This document shows positions 37,140 to 62,881 of a DNA stretch of 64,000 bases, one piece after another. Each line of letters starts with the position of its first letter. The first letter of the stretch is position 1. The notes beneath the pieces were generated by a model, which saw nothing but the letters and a program-made list of their open reading frames with translations, did not search any database and was not told the DNA's origin. The position numbers were made by a program, and so were the translations under genes. This stretch comes from Eledone cirrhosa (taxonomy: Eukaryota): NCBI GenBank assembly GCA_964016885.1, contig OZ024742.1, forward strand, positions 300,328,001 to 300,392,000. Direction: 5' to 3'.

Positions 37140-38211
37140 TAGATAGATAGATAGATAGATATAACTACCATCATCATCACTCTTTAACATCCATTTTTTT
37201 CATGCTAGCATGGGTTAGACAAGTTGTGAGACAAACCAGGTTGGATGACCATGTCTTACTCATACAGAACTGTTTCTGGTTTGGTTTCTACAGAGATGCC
37301 CTTCCTTACACCGGTTGGTGTAAAGAAGGGCATCTCTGTGGGCTGGATGCTTTATATATATAAATATATGTATATATATGTTTTTTTTTTGTTTTTTTTT
37401 ACCCAGCCTAGTGGTCAACTGGGTTTTGCAGAAATACCTCTAAAGCAAGTCTGCCTCTTCCCACATGACCACAGTGTAATGACAAAAACCAGTAAAATAT
37501 AAGAACCAACAAAGCTGTAGTTTGAGACCAAATTCAGGGGACAATGTTTATTGGCGAAATATATCAATAAATACACAAACCATAAAACGTGACAATTTTG
37601 ACAATTGTATAAAAATTTGTGGAAATATTAGTAGAAATATATATATTGTCAGAGTATACATGTTTCATGTTACGAGGAGGTGTTGTGTGTGTCTGTATGT
37701 GTGAGTATGTGTTGTGTATATTATATGTTTGAGTATGTGTCTGTGTGTATGTGAGTGTATATAAAAGAACATTACTAAGCATGCAATCTTTTTAAACATA
37801 CACGCGTATATATATATATATATAGATATATGAAGTGTTCATGGTTTGTAGATTGGGAAAACCATAGATCTGGGTAGTACTCAATGCATATTTAGAATCA
37901 ATATAGTAATTAGTTAAAAACCCTTTGTTGGGATTTGACCAATTATTATATACATATGAGTGTGTGTGTGGCTTAGTGGTTGGTGGTTCAGACCATGATG
38001 TTTTAAATGTAAGTTCAATTAATGGTGGTACCTTTTGTCTTTGAGCAAGAAAGACACTTTATTCCATGCTCTATTCCACACAGCTGGCAAAAATGTGTTG
38101 TACCTGTAATTCTAACCAACCTTGTAACATACTTTGTCACTAGCACACTAATTTCAAGAACACTTGTCGATGGAACCGACAGAGGTTCAATGCACACACA
38201 AACACACACAC

Positions 38212-38242
<31 letters not shown>

Positions 38243-38688
38243 GTAAGACACGCTTATACACAATCAGCCTTGCTATTTGTTCATCTGTCATTGAACTCTA
38301 GCTTTAGCCATACATCGACTTTCTATCAATTAGATGCTATATAACTCTTGTCACCACACGCAACAAATTTTTTCCCCTTATTCTCTTATTTCTTTTTAAA
38401 TTTCTGCTCTTTTTTCCAATCTTTCTTCACTTTCCGAAGAAGTTGTAATCTGAAACATCATAAATTCTCTTCATTTCTTCCGAGCATCAATCTAATAACT
38501 TACATTTTTGTCATATCCCATTTTGTAGTAGTCTTTGTTCTTTTTGTTAAATAATATATATATATATATATATTAATAAGAGGAATTCCAACTTTGTCTG
38601 ATTTACTCGTTTTATTTACAATCCTTTAAAATTTATAATGGTATTATAATGAAATAGTATGATAGAATATTAAATTCTAAGTGTTAAT

Positions 38689-38727
38689 TGAACAAGTACT
38701 TTCATGCTTTCGCAATCTTCAGGTTCA
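38689..38727 (-). ncRNA. Minimal type-I hammerhead ribozyme (left arm of palindrome)
   Basis: Exact reverse complement of 38798..38836. Confidence 0.82.
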
Positions 38728-38797
38728 TAATATGTGGTGACAGTCAAGTTTGCAATTTTCAGTTGAAAATTGCAAACTTGACTGTCACCACATATTA

Positions 38798-38836
38798 TGA
38801 ACCTGAAGATTGCGAAAGCATGAAAGTACTTGTTCA
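38798..38836 (+). ncRNA. Minimal type-I hammerhead ribozyme (right arm of palindrome)
   Basis: TGAAC-CTGAAGA-T-TGC GAAA GCA-T-GAAA-GTAC-TT^GTTCA. Confidence 0.82.
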
Positions 38837-38997
38837 ATTAACACTTAGAATTTAATATTCTATCATACTATTTCATTATAATACCATTATAAATTTTAAA
38901 GGATTGTAAATAAAACGAGTAAATCAGACAAAGTTGGAATTCCTCTTATTAATATAATCTTCTATACACAATCATACACACCCGTGTATATTTACCT

Positions 38998-39000
38998 ATC

Positions 39001-39031
<31 letters not shown>

Positions 39032-39044
39032 ATATATATATATA

Positions 39045-39136
<92 letters not shown>

Positions 39137-39144
39137 CATATATG

Positions 39145-39220
<76 letters not shown>

Positions 39221-39358
39221 CATATATGTATATATATACATATTTATATATGAATATATATATATATATATGTGTATATATATATATGTATATATATATA
39301 TATGTGTATATATGTATATATATATATATATGTGTATATATGTATATATATATATATA

Positions 39359-39397
<39 letters not shown>

Positions 39398-39404
39398 ATA
39401 TATA

Positions 39405-39435
<31 letters not shown>

Positions 39436-39540
39436 GTGTATATATATATATATATATGTGTATATATATATATATATGTGTATATATATATATATATGTG
39501 TATATATATATATATATATATGTGTATATATATATATATA

Positions 39541-39617
<77 letters not shown>

Positions 39618-39620
39618 GTG

Positions 39621-39656
<36 letters not shown>

Positions 39657-39706
39657 TATATGTGTATATATATATATATGTGTATATATATATATATATA
39701 TATGTG

Positions 39707-39742
<36 letters not shown>

Positions 39743-39762
39743 TATATGTGTATATATATATA

Positions 39763-39840
<78 letters not shown>

Positions 39841-39878
39841 TATGTGTATATATATATATGTGTGTATATATATATATA

Positions 39879-39919
<41 letters not shown>

Positions 39920-39930
39920 ATATATATATA

Positions 39931-39973
<43 letters not shown>

Positions 39974-40068
39974 ATATATATATATGTATATATATATATG
40001 TATATATATATATATGTATATATATATGTATATATATATATATGTATATATATATGTATATATATATG

Positions 40069-40118
<50 letters not shown>

Positions 40119-40128
40119 TATGTGTATA

Positions 40129-40203
<75 letters not shown>

Positions 40204-40264
40204 ATATATATGTGTATATATATGTGTATATATATGTGTATATATGTGTATATATATGTGTATA

Positions 40265-40343
<79 letters not shown>

Positions 40344-40450
40344 ATATATATGTGTATATATATGTGTATATATATGTGTATATGTATATATATATGTATA
40401 TATATATGTATATATATATGTATATATATATGTATATATATATGTATATA

Positions 40451-40513
<63 letters not shown>

Positions 40514-40528
40514 GTATATATATGTATA

Positions 40529-40608
<80 letters not shown>

Positions 40609-40650
40609 TGTGTATATATATATGTATATGTGTATGTGTATGTGTGTGTC
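38998..40650. repeat. About 1.65 kb (TA)n satellite interrupted by TG/CA
   Basis: Directly visible; source of the spurious YI-rich ORFs. Confidence 0.99.
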
Positions 40651-40768
40651 ACTATATATTTGTGTAGTAGTATCAACCAAATAGAGAATTGGTAGGTACC
40701 ACAGAATTAGAGAAAGTAAATGGGCAGGGTCGTTGTGTCTCAGGGTGAGAGAGAGAGAGAGAGATAGG

Positions 40769-40800
<32 letters not shown>

Positions 40801-42795
40801 AAGTGATTATGAGTATATATGCTTGTGTGTATGTGTATACAATCACAAATACACACACACACATACATACACACACATTCACCCACCCACAGACATATAT
40901 GTATGTGTGTGGTGTGTATGTGCCTGAGTGTGTGAGTGTGTGTGTGTGTGCATGAGTGTATGTGTTTGTAATAGTGTATATAAAGAAATAATAAAGAAGC
41001 AACAAAAGAAAAGAAAAAAACGTTTTAAAAATAAATAAAAAATAAATAAAAAACAAAATAAAAAAATAAAAATAATTACGAAGAAATAAAATAAAACAAA
41101 AACAAAAGCAAATTAAAAGAAAAAAATAATGTAAAGAAAAAAAGAAAGAAAGCTAGAAAGAAAGATATATTTACAGAAATGATGGAGGTGGTGGTGGTGT
41201 GAGTAGTAGCTGTGTTAGTAAAGGTGGGGGTGGGGATGGTGTTAGTGTGCAGAAGCAGCATAGTTGAATGGTTAAACAGTTCACTTCACTTCACAATCAG
41301 TAGGTTCCTGGTTCAATCCCACTGCATAGCATCATGGGCAAGTGTCATTTACCATAGCCTTGAGTCGACCCATGTCTTATAAGAGGAAATAGGGTAGATA
41401 GAAACTGTTTGGAATCCTTCAGATGGATTGTACCATATGATTAAAAGAGCCATCCATTATCACACATTGTATCACACAGAATCTCTCTTTAAAACATTAT
41501 GTGAATTATATACGTGTCTCTGTGGAATATCAAGCCACTTACACATTCATTTCCCAAGCAGGCTGTTCCATTGATGAAAATGTTGGAACACTCATCGTGG
41601 AAACTGACAGAGATCCATTCCATTTCTATGGTGTTACTAATTGTTATGGTGGTGGTGGTCTTGTTGTTGGTGGTGTTGGCAGTGTGAGTGATAGTGTTTG
41701 AGTTAGTTGAGGTAATGGTATTAGTAATGATTGTGTTGGTGTTAGTCATGGTGGTACTATTGTTTTCACTAGTAGGAGTGACAGGTGATAATGATAATGT
41801 TAGTGGTACTATACTACTAAATGTACTGAAGCCTCAGCAAGCAATGATCAGCATTATATCTAGTGGCTCAGCACCCTGTTGATATTCTACAATAAACTAC
41901 GCAGTGCATCTATGTGGCAAAGTTGCAAGTACATATGTAGTAATATATGTATCCAATACATGTATAATATGTCTGTGCACACAAACATACACATACAAAT
42001 ACACACACAAATACACATACACACATACTCAGATATGTGTGTGTGTGTGTATGTGTATGTATGAATAAAGAAGCTCAACAAGGAAAAACAATACAGAAGA
42101 ACAATACACTACACTGATGGTATATTAGTTTAACGCTCGATATAGTAAGAAAAGACGCTAGTCCTTCATTGGAAAATAAAATGTGTGAAGCAGAAGAGAG
42201 GATGTTTGTGAGCGAGAGAAGAAAAAAAGGAAGATGGATAATAGCAAAAAAAAAAACAGTAACGAAAATGTGTGTGTGTGTGTGGGGGGGGGGGGGTAGC
42301 TAGGAGAGAAGGCATATATGTTATCATCATAACATATATATATGTTTACATATATCAATATATTCATGTGTAGATATATATTTATATATATATATATATA
42401 TATACAAATATATATATATTCATACATATATATATATTCTTACATATATATATATATATAAATGTATATATATACATATACAAATATATATATATTCATA
42501 TACAAATATATATATATTCATATATATATATATATATATACTTATACACACATACTGATATATGTATGTTTTGTATGTGTATGTGAGAAATAGAGGTGGT
42601 AAAAGATATGATTGTAGAGAAATAAATAAATAAATAAATAAATAAATATAAAGTGGAATGAGGACTGATGAAGAATTCGAGGGAAGAAAGAAATCCGCAT
42701 CTCATATTTTAGAGGGGTTTATTATGTCTAGTGTCACACTTATTTATGGATTCTGTCTTACTGTTTGTGCTGTTATATTGCTCTTATAATGTATA

Positions 42796-42838
<43 letters not shown>

Positions 42839-43532
42839 TCATCATCATTTTACGTCCGCTTTTCCCTGCTTGCAATATATATATATGTATGTATGGAGTG
42901 TCTACAGTGCAAGGGCCTAGAAGACCACAAGTCTGGGTTGTACTCAGTGACTGATGAGGTGCAGAGTAGGTAGAATGAGAAGGTAAAATCCCAATAGTGA
43001 GCCCAATTGTCTCAACTTGATTTCCACAAGAACTTTCAAGGGAATATTCTTTGAATGAACTTGTGATATTTAAGATGAAACAGTTGAGCTCATGATTGGG
43101 TTTTTTGCCTATTCACATTATATATATATGTAAATTGAATTAGAAGATTTCACCGTAACTTTGGTTAAATAGAATAGTCTAATAATAACAGGACGTATAA
43201 GCCCACTGGGCGGAACGGAAAATAATAGGCATCAGGTATGCTGGTGCTAATCTTATATATATATATATATATACACATATGTATATATATATAAATATGT
43301 ATATATATATATGTATATGTATATATATGTATATATATGTTGGGTTTTGATTGTTGCTGTCTGAGTGAGATCATCATGTTGTCTATGCCATCTGTTCACA
43401 TCTCTTTCAAAATCGAATAATTAATTATCACTTATAAAAAAGATTTTATTTCGTGTACCATTGAGAGTTGATCAGACATATTCAGATAAACCAACTCATG
43501 TTGCTATCATGCAAAAAAAAAATCCAAGTGTA

Positions 43533-43580
<48 letters not shown>

Positions 43581-44334
43581 TTAGATTCAAAGATACATGT
43601 AAAAATTAAGAATAATATCTCTAAAATAATTGCTACCATATAAAATAGCTAGGGTAGGAAAGCATTTCCCCAAAATATACACATACGCACACACACATAT
43701 ATTCATATATATACATACATATATATACATATATATATACATTTTTATATATATATATACACATACACACAACTATTATTATTGGGAGTATTTTTCAGGA
43801 CGACATGTGTATTTATATATTTACATTTGTATATATCTGTCTGTGTATGTGTGTATAAGACTATATTTTAAGGATGCATACGTATGCGTGTATGTATGTA
43901 TGTATGGACATGTTTATACACACACATATATATGTGTTTTGTATATGTTAAAAATGATGTTTTGTTTGAAATTAAACTTTAATTTAAATATTTATTAAAA
44001 ATTTTGATTTTTCTGAGGAGGTTGTGAATTCAGGTCAACGGATTTAAGGAGGCCATTTTGGCTAAGTGTTGGGTTTGGGATAAGTTTTTTTTCTTCCCTT
44101 CTGCACAAGGGGAACATCATGGTTGCTAAGCCCAAGTACTCATTCCATCATCAGTTTAGAAAATTCTGGAAAAATGAGAGAAAAATGTTAATGAGTGAAG
44201 ACAAAAAAAAATTGATGTGGATGGAGAAAGCTTGTTGAGATAAGGGTTGATATTGTGTGATATTATATGTGTGTTGTGTATATATGTATATGTATGTGTG
44301 TGAGTGTATTTATATGTATATATATTATATATAT

Positions 44335-44382
<48 letters not shown>

Positions 44383-44443
44383 TATATATATGTACCTATA
44401 TATAAATTGAACCTCCATCGTTTATGATGATGAGCATTCCAGT

Positions 44444-44483
<40 letters not shown>

Positions 44484-45574
44484 AATTCAATAGAAAAACC
44501 AGCTACTGAGGATAGTTGTGGTTTGACTGTGTTCTTCCTCTTGTACAACAATATTTGGTTGGTTTAAATATAATTTAGTTTTATTATGTTACTGTGTTAT
44601 TTTCAGATGTTGCAGTTTTGTCTTCTGGTTTTAGCTTAGGTTTAAACCTCGAGATTGATATTACAGGATTTTGCTCATTGGTTATTAAGGGATTTTGGAT
44701 GTAGTGCACATAGTTTAATGTGTTAGATATTAGATATTGTACTTTTTTAAAGTAGGTTATTATATTTGTATGGTGTGTCTTGTGTAGTTACAATTTATTG
44801 CTTTCATTTAGTTTGATATTGAGTAGAGTTATGTAAAAGAAAAAAATATATATATATTAGGTGCATTTACATATACAAACACATATGCAAGTCTGAATGA
44901 AATACAAATATTGTAAGCAAAAACATTAAATATATTAAACAACATAAAATTAACAACAACTACAATACAAAATCAAGAACAATTATTTAGAGTAACAAAA
45001 TGGAAACAACAAGCTTGAAATAAGATTGTTATTGTGAGATTACAAATATATTAAAACTAGTATATTGTCATGGTTGTTAAAGTTAGCGTACTACTATCAT
45101 TGTTATGTATTAATTATATTAATATTGTTGGTTTGCCATTTTCTTTCTAATTCATCAAAACTGTACATTGTTCTCATATCAAGACATTTATTTTTGTTGT
45201 GTACTAAGTATATCTTTTTTCTTGTTCATCTACTGTCATACATACATATATGCATACACTCACACTTACACACACATGTATATACATATTTAGATATTTA
45301 AGTATATAAATACTCATAGATATAAAAATATGTATATACATGTGTGTGTGTGTGTGTGTAATATATATATATAAATATATAAATATATAAATATATATAC
45401 ATGTATATATATATATATATAAATATGTTTACATGTATTTATTATATTAATTATATGTATATATTTATACAAATATATACATATATACATCCATTTATCT
45501 ATCTGTCAAGTGTTTTGTTTCTCCATCTCCCTGTCTCCCCCCACCCTCTCTCTCTCTATATATATATAAAAGAA

Positions 45575-45610
<36 letters not shown>

Positions 45611-46269
45611 TTCTTTTTGAATATTTATACAGTATATTTTTTCACTATTTGGTATATTTACTTGATCTCTTTAATATTGAGTTCTAATTTAGGCACAAGG
45701 TGAGCAAATCTGGGTGAAGGTCAAAGTTGATTAAATCAACCCCAATACTTGACTGGTACTTTATTTTAACGACCTTGAAGGATGAAAGGCAAAGTTAACC
45801 TCAGTATTAAATACAGTTATATATGTATAATGCATGGTAAAATATATGGTATAATATATGGTGACATCTGTATGCATTCCTTTCATATCATGGATTTCAA
45901 TAGAATAATAGCAACAACCACTATAAGAAGAATATAATGCTAAATGATAATAATAATAATGGTGATATTGCTAGTAGTAAATATAATTAGGGTAATACTA
46001 GTTGTAGTAGTTACAATAACGGGATATATTTATATACATAACGTCTGTCATACCCATACTGGTGGCTGGTGCAGGTTTGTGGTTAGTTTACGGAATATAA
46101 GAATGAAGGTTGGGGCGTTGGCTTAACAGAATTATCAGTCTGGAACTAGCTGTTGAAATGGCAAGAGCTCAGCTGTTGGGCCCCAACTCTTTCTAATATA
46201 GTCACATATATCTCAAGCATTACGTACTCTGTTGAAAAATGGTCTAACTAGTTTAAAACTGGTTTAATC

Positions 46270-46330
<61 letters not shown>

Positions 46331-47865
46331 GTGTGGTTACCCCTCACTCAACTCAGGATCAACATATTATTCATATATATATATATATATATATATATAA
46401 CAACCAACAGATATTTTAATTCTAATTGCAGAAAAAAAGGTGTTTTCTTTTGTAGAGATACTCTACTATTGAACACTTGATCCAGGAATCTGTGTTTATC
46501 ATTTTCATATTGTTATGCCACAGATAAATTAAATAATAACATATATGTAGCCAGTAAAGATATTATCATTGATAGTGGGAGTTGTTTAGAGATTCAGATC
46601 AAATAATTGTAGATCTTTTCAATATAGAAACTTTGTGTATATGTAGCTGATTTCTCGGACTCTTACAAAGCACAAAGAAGATAAACTTAATATAAAGAAT
46701 GATGTGCTCATGTACGAAGATGTTATAAAACAGCTTATAAGCAAGGGTGAAGACCCTTAAAAGATGTAAAAAGAAGTTGCCGTCGGCCTCATAGCGACCG
46801 ATTGCAACTTCTTTTCCTGTCTTTTAAGCATCTTTACTCTATTTTATAATCTGTTTTATAGCTACATAGTTGGCTTCAAAGAAATAACCTGAATGAAATT
46901 ATTATCTCCACCTCCACCACCACCACTATCGCCACCGCCACTAACAACAGTCACAACAACAACAGCAATGACAACTGCAAGAAAGAAATAGTAAATAGTA
47001 AAACAAATCATAATGATTTCTTTATTAGCCACAAGGGCAATAATAATAATAACAGTTTCTGATTTAGGCACAATGCCAACAATTTTGGGGGAGGGCGGCG
47101 GAAAGTCGATTAAATCGACCCCAGTGCATTACTGGTACTTTATTTTATCGACCCCGTAAGGATGAAAGGCAAAGTTGGCCGCAGCAGGATTTGAACTCAC
47201 AATAATAATAAAAATAGTAATAATAATGAAATTTAGTAGAAATAGAAGCTTTCACCATATTTTTGACTAAAGAAATTTTAACCTGATAGTGGGGTTTAAA
47301 ACCCTCTAAAAAATGGAAAAGGATGAGTATTGACATATTCCATTTTTAGGGGGTCCTAAACCCCACTATCAGATTAAAATTTCTTTAGTAAAAAATACAG
47401 TGAAAGCTTCTATTTCTACTAAATTTCAAACTTCGCTCACTGTTTCAAAACAAACTTACTTGTAATAATAATAATAATAATATTAATATTAATATTAATA
47501 CTAATAATAATAATAATATCAATATGCATTTGTATTTGTGTGTTATGTATTGTGTTTGCTGAGTGTGCGCGCGCATGCGCTTGTAGGTACATGCACTATC
47601 TATTAGTATATGTGAGATATACATACAAAAGACAATAATAAAAGATATTGATGATAGTAATGATGATTAAGAAGATGATGATGATAATTTCTCTTGACTA
47701 AATAAAGAGGAGGAGGATGAGGTTTGTATAATATTCATGTGGTAACAAACCTCTTATATTAGACATTTTCCTGTTGTGATTGCTAGAGATGTGAAAGACA
47801 AATTGATTGATCCTTGACATAAATTGAACTCATGATTAGTGTGTTACCAAACTCGTTAGTATATA

Positions 47866-47906
<41 letters not shown>

Positions 47907-49264
47907 GTTTTGATTTTCTTCCATTTGATTCTTTGTTATCCTACTAACAACAGTAACAACGACATCAACAACAATAAAAATACAATAATATAACATTGAC
48001 ACAATGACTGAAATTTAGTAGAAAGAGAGTGAGAAAGAAAGAGAGAGTGAGAGAAAGAGAGAGAAAGAGAGAGCATTTAGTTTTAGTTAGATTGTCATTC
48101 CCACCAATATATGACTGGTTTATATTATCTTGACCCTGGAAGGATGAAAAAAAAAAATCAAATTCGACCCTGGTGGGACTTGAACTCAGTTTAAAGACAG
48201 ATGAGAGCATTTATTCTGATGCTCTACCTCATTGGCCAACTTGCTGCCCTTCAATATCGTTAGCAACAACAAAAGCAACAACCATAAAAAACAATATTAA
48301 TTATAACAAAAACAACAACAATTATTAAACATAGCAAATATACACCTATCACAAATAGAAAAAACTATTACCACAACCACCACTATCAGTACCATAGCAA
48401 ATAGCATCCTCCTTCACCACCACAATCACCATCATCAAGAATACTACCACTACCACCAGCACTACCATTACCACCACCATCACCATTATTATTAAAGCCA
48501 TTACCATCCCCACAGTAACTTATAACTGTTTTATAGCTACAAAAACCCTTCCCACCAAACTTTCTTCTTATTGCCATCTGTGTGAGATGTCCTGTGCAGG
48601 GTTGTGTGGGTTGTATGTGATGTGGGTTGTGTGAGTTTTGTTGAAGTTCTAACGTTGCTGTTATTACTATATTACCTTGTTATTATTATATTAACTTGAC
48701 TAATCCTAACCCTAACCCTAAACCTAGCTATAGTAGTAATAGTAGATATTACTACAGCCAATAGAGTAGACTTGTTGATAATATCTGTGATGGCAATGAT
48801 ATAAGGAGCTATACTATTAAATAATAATAGAAAAAAGGGGTGGGGCAAAAAGATAAAGAAACATACAGTGGAGAAATTGTAAACAAAATTCAGAGTAGCA
48901 GTGATGGTAGTGGTAGTAGTAGAGGAGTGTGGTAGTATTTGTTGGTGGTAGAGATGATAATGATGATGATAATGAAGAATAGTTATAGTAGTAGTAATAG
49001 TAGTAGTAATAGTTGAATGAAGCATGCCAAAAATTAAAGGTTTGGCAAAAATAAGTAAATAAGTACATAAAATAAGTAGGTGTTTGATTGCTAGTGGCAA
49101 AAATGGGCAGGGATCAGGTAAAGTACAGGTAGAGTGCAATGGATTAGGGAAATATATTGACGAATATTAGGGCTAGCTTTATTAGCAAGGATTGTGTGTC
49201 TTTTTGAGAGAGAGATAGAGAGAGAGAGAGACATTTGTGATGGTAAGGAGGTGGAAAGTGAGAA

Positions 49265-49302
<38 letters not shown>

Positions 49303-49527
49303 AAAGAGAAAGAAAGAAAGAGAGAGAGAGAGAAAGTAAGGGAGAGGAAAAAATAGAAAGAATAGAGGAACTAAAAAGAACATGATCAATTGGAGCAGAA
49401 AAATAACGTCTTTGAGTGTCCTTTCCAGATACATGGAAGTCAATTTAGACACAGGTGAACGGTTAGACAGGTAGACGGGTTGACGGGTAGACGGGTAGAC
49501 GGGTGGACAGGTGATGAACAGGTTGCT

Positions 49528-59760
<10,233 letters not shown>

Positions 59761-61933
59761 CTACAAAGTATAAAAAAAATATCCCATTAGATAAACAAGG
59801 AATGTGACATATACAGGGCCAGTGGAAGCATTTCTGAATGGGGGTGAGGGTGGGGGGAAAATTTGGTCAATTTAGTTTCAATCAAAGTAGTGATTAGTTT
59901 ATCAAATATCAACCAAGATATAAAAAAAAACTTCGATATGCATGTACATATATTGTAATACATATACAAATAGATGTGTGTTTTGGTAGTTTTGGGAGAA
60001 AAATATGTTTTTTTTCTTGGGGAGGGGTCTGCCCCCCCCCCCCCCCCCCCCCCTAGTTCCACCGCCTTTTATATATAAAGAACCTAATTAAACACAACAA
60101 ACCGCAATTTGTACAAGATGATCTCAACATTATTTTGTGTCTGTGTATATGCTGACATTTACAAGAGAAATATAAATCTATATCTTGGAATTCGTTGCAT
60201 TTTCGAGCTAAATGTTAACGAGGACAGTCATTGTTTAGGATTGTAGTTTAGCGTTAAGGGTTAGTTGGAAATATTGTAGTTGATATCATTCTTAGAAAGA
60301 TATTAAACGTTGACATTATCACAAAAGGGCCCCAACCACAATTCTTCCATCGGCATTTCAACTATACACAAAGAATCATACAACTCCTTTGCATTGCAAG
60401 CTTACAACTACCTATGCTGGTATGTACATCGTGAAATAACTTGTCACTTTGTAATCGAACGTAGCATAATAAATACATATTCTTTTTCCTTTGTAAAGAA
60501 GTGAAGTAAAGTTAAATCTAACTAAAATTATTGTATTTGATTTGTTTATCATCTTTCTTCCACAACAACCACTAACTTTGCGTCACTTCATATATATATA
60601 TATTTATACAAATAAATATACGAGGGATGAACATCTATACAATTATAGAAGTGTTCCGTTTGTAAATGACCAAGCTAGCTAGGTTGAAAGAATACTAATT
60701 TAACATAATATGGTTATATTTATATATATTTATATATACAGGGATAATAGTCTGACGTTTGTATTTTAATACCAGCTACTTACAAAATTCAAAGGTACGC
60801 AAAAGAAAGTCTTAAGATCGAGAATAAACATTGAGAGGTTGTTGGCTAAGAATAACTCATGAATTAGATCAAGGGATACTATAATTAGAGTCAGTTAACA
60901 AAAGGAATATGTCGTAGGTTTAATCTGTGAAGGTTTAAATTACCAAACTTTAAAAATAGAAGTATAGGAAAGAAAAATGTTTAACAATTAAGATTAAGGA
61001 GAGTTTATCTGTTTATCTGCTTAATCTGGTATTGGTGTTCAATTCTGAAATCTAAGCAGAATTTTGTCGAACCGAGATCGTGTATGTAAACAGTTCATAG
61101 ATTAAAAAAAAATAAATTTTTCAATATGAAGCATTTTTGTAACATTTAGAATTTTCTAGAAAAGTCATGGGAAAACTGTGGCCCGCGAGTCGCATGTGGT
61201 CCGTTTGGCTTTCTGAAAGGTATGCCTAATTTCAAAATTGCCTTGAATTTAAAAAAAAATAATTTCGGAAAAAATGTGGTCAGAAGGAATTTGGTGTGTT
61301 GATCACAGAGGTAGCAGAGAGGTGCTTTATGTTAGTTGGGAGGGGGGGGGGGGGGTGCAATGTGCGGACCTGTCAACTCTTCCCGTCTGACGGGGAGAAC
61401 TCCCACCCACTTTGGGGTGGGTGAGAGATGTCTTCTCTTTGGAAAATGGGTATAGCTTTTATTATGTAAAATCTCCTCATTTTGGAGCACTTCTTTTCAT
61501 GGTACTCCCCGTTTGGGCTTTTAGCGGTTGACAGCTCCGAAAATGTGTTTCAAGTCAAAGAAATTTAAAAAGAAGGAGTGGGGAGAGTGACATAAGGCTA
61601 AACACCAGGATTTATTGAGACAACAGGGTTAGGGGTATATGTGTGGGGTGTAAGGAGTTGTGAAGGTAGCTGCCGTAAGTCAATAAACTTAAGGTTATGA
61701 AATGTAAGGGTGAGGTGAAGTGTTATATATATATATATATATATATATAGGAACGAGTAGGACCCCGACGGCTGAGTTCAAGCCGTTTCGACGGCTAATT
61801 CTGAATTAGCCGTCGAAACGGCTTGAGCTCAGCCGTCGGGGTCCTACTCGTTCCTATTACCCACTCTACTACCCTAAGTATTGAGTACTTTGGTGCGTTA
61901 TGGTCCACCTGGTTCCTTACCACATTTCCTTCG

Positions 61934-61984
<51 letters not shown>

Positions 61985-62495
61985 GATAGAACCAGTTTTA
62001 AAATAGTTATTACTCAACAGAGTCTAGATATTTGGGATAGTTGAGTGTGACTATATTAGAAAGAGTCGCGCTCTCCAGCATTTTTTAGATTTACGCCCTA
62101 CCCCAGAGGGACATACGACTCGGTTTGGATACTCCTGTCGCCCGTCATTTCTGTTCTCCTGGTCATCTTCCCTACACGTTTCAGTCCTGGGTGTCCTCTT
62201 AATCATGGATCACAGGCCTCGCGCACCAGGACTGAACAAAGTCTGATTCACTGCTTTGGGTCCTATTCCCCCCTTGGACTCAACTCACCTACCCAATCTC
62301 TCTAATACCCCGTCCATTATTACACCCCTAGATTCCTATCGCTTTCTCTTGATAATTAGCAGCTTCTCCTACAACTAATACATGCCGATACACACCCTTA
62401 TATTAACATACTTTTGCTCATAGCTTCGTACTTACATGCATACACACTCTTTTACTCACACACACACATTTCTTCTTAGCCTCGTACGGACCTAT

Positions 62496-62625
<130 letters not shown>

Positions 62626-62845
62626 TTACGCACGTGCTCAAGTATAGCTCTTTTTACAAAACGGTTTTCTTTCCATTTCAGGCAGACGCGCTCCAACATC
62701 CACTTTTCTAAAAAACAAATCATACACAAAACACCAGCAGTTTTGCAAGAGATGTCAACATGAATGGACCTTTTATTTTTATCTAAAGACAATTTTTCCT
62801 ATTCCATCCAGCCCGCCCCCTCAATCTATTTTATTTCTCATTCTT

Positions 62846-62881
62846 TCTTCTGATGAAGAACTAGCGTCCGAAACGTTAAGA
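62846..62881 (+). ncRNA. Minimal hammerhead ribozyme motif (imperfect stem II)
   Basis: TCTT-CTGATGA-AGAACTAGCGTCC-GAAA-CG-TT^AAGA, about 100 nt upstream of a (TA)n tract. Confidence 0.6.

Larger units (their letters stand above)
38569..38956. repeat. Perfect inverted repeat, about 192-bp arms, 2-4 nt spacer
   Basis: Arms are reverse complements with no mismatch found by eye; centre TTTTC-AGTT-GAAAA. Confidence 0.97.

Noticed and set aside
38984-40695. Five ORFs of 470-558 aa rich in Y/I
   Set aside because: Translation of the (TA)n satellite; no coding signal.
42658-42706. CTGATGA...GAAA with ATGAG/CTCAT flanks
   Set aside because: The intervening sequence cannot form stem II and the helix register is wrong.
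48701-48727. Telomere-like (CCCTAA)n
   Set aside because: Only 2-4 imperfect units within low-complexity sequence.
41000-49400. Possible additional gene between ACTR8 and troponin C
   Set aside because: Only microsatellite-derived ORFs and repeat fragments seen; no exon chain could be supported, although tiny exons cannot be excluded.
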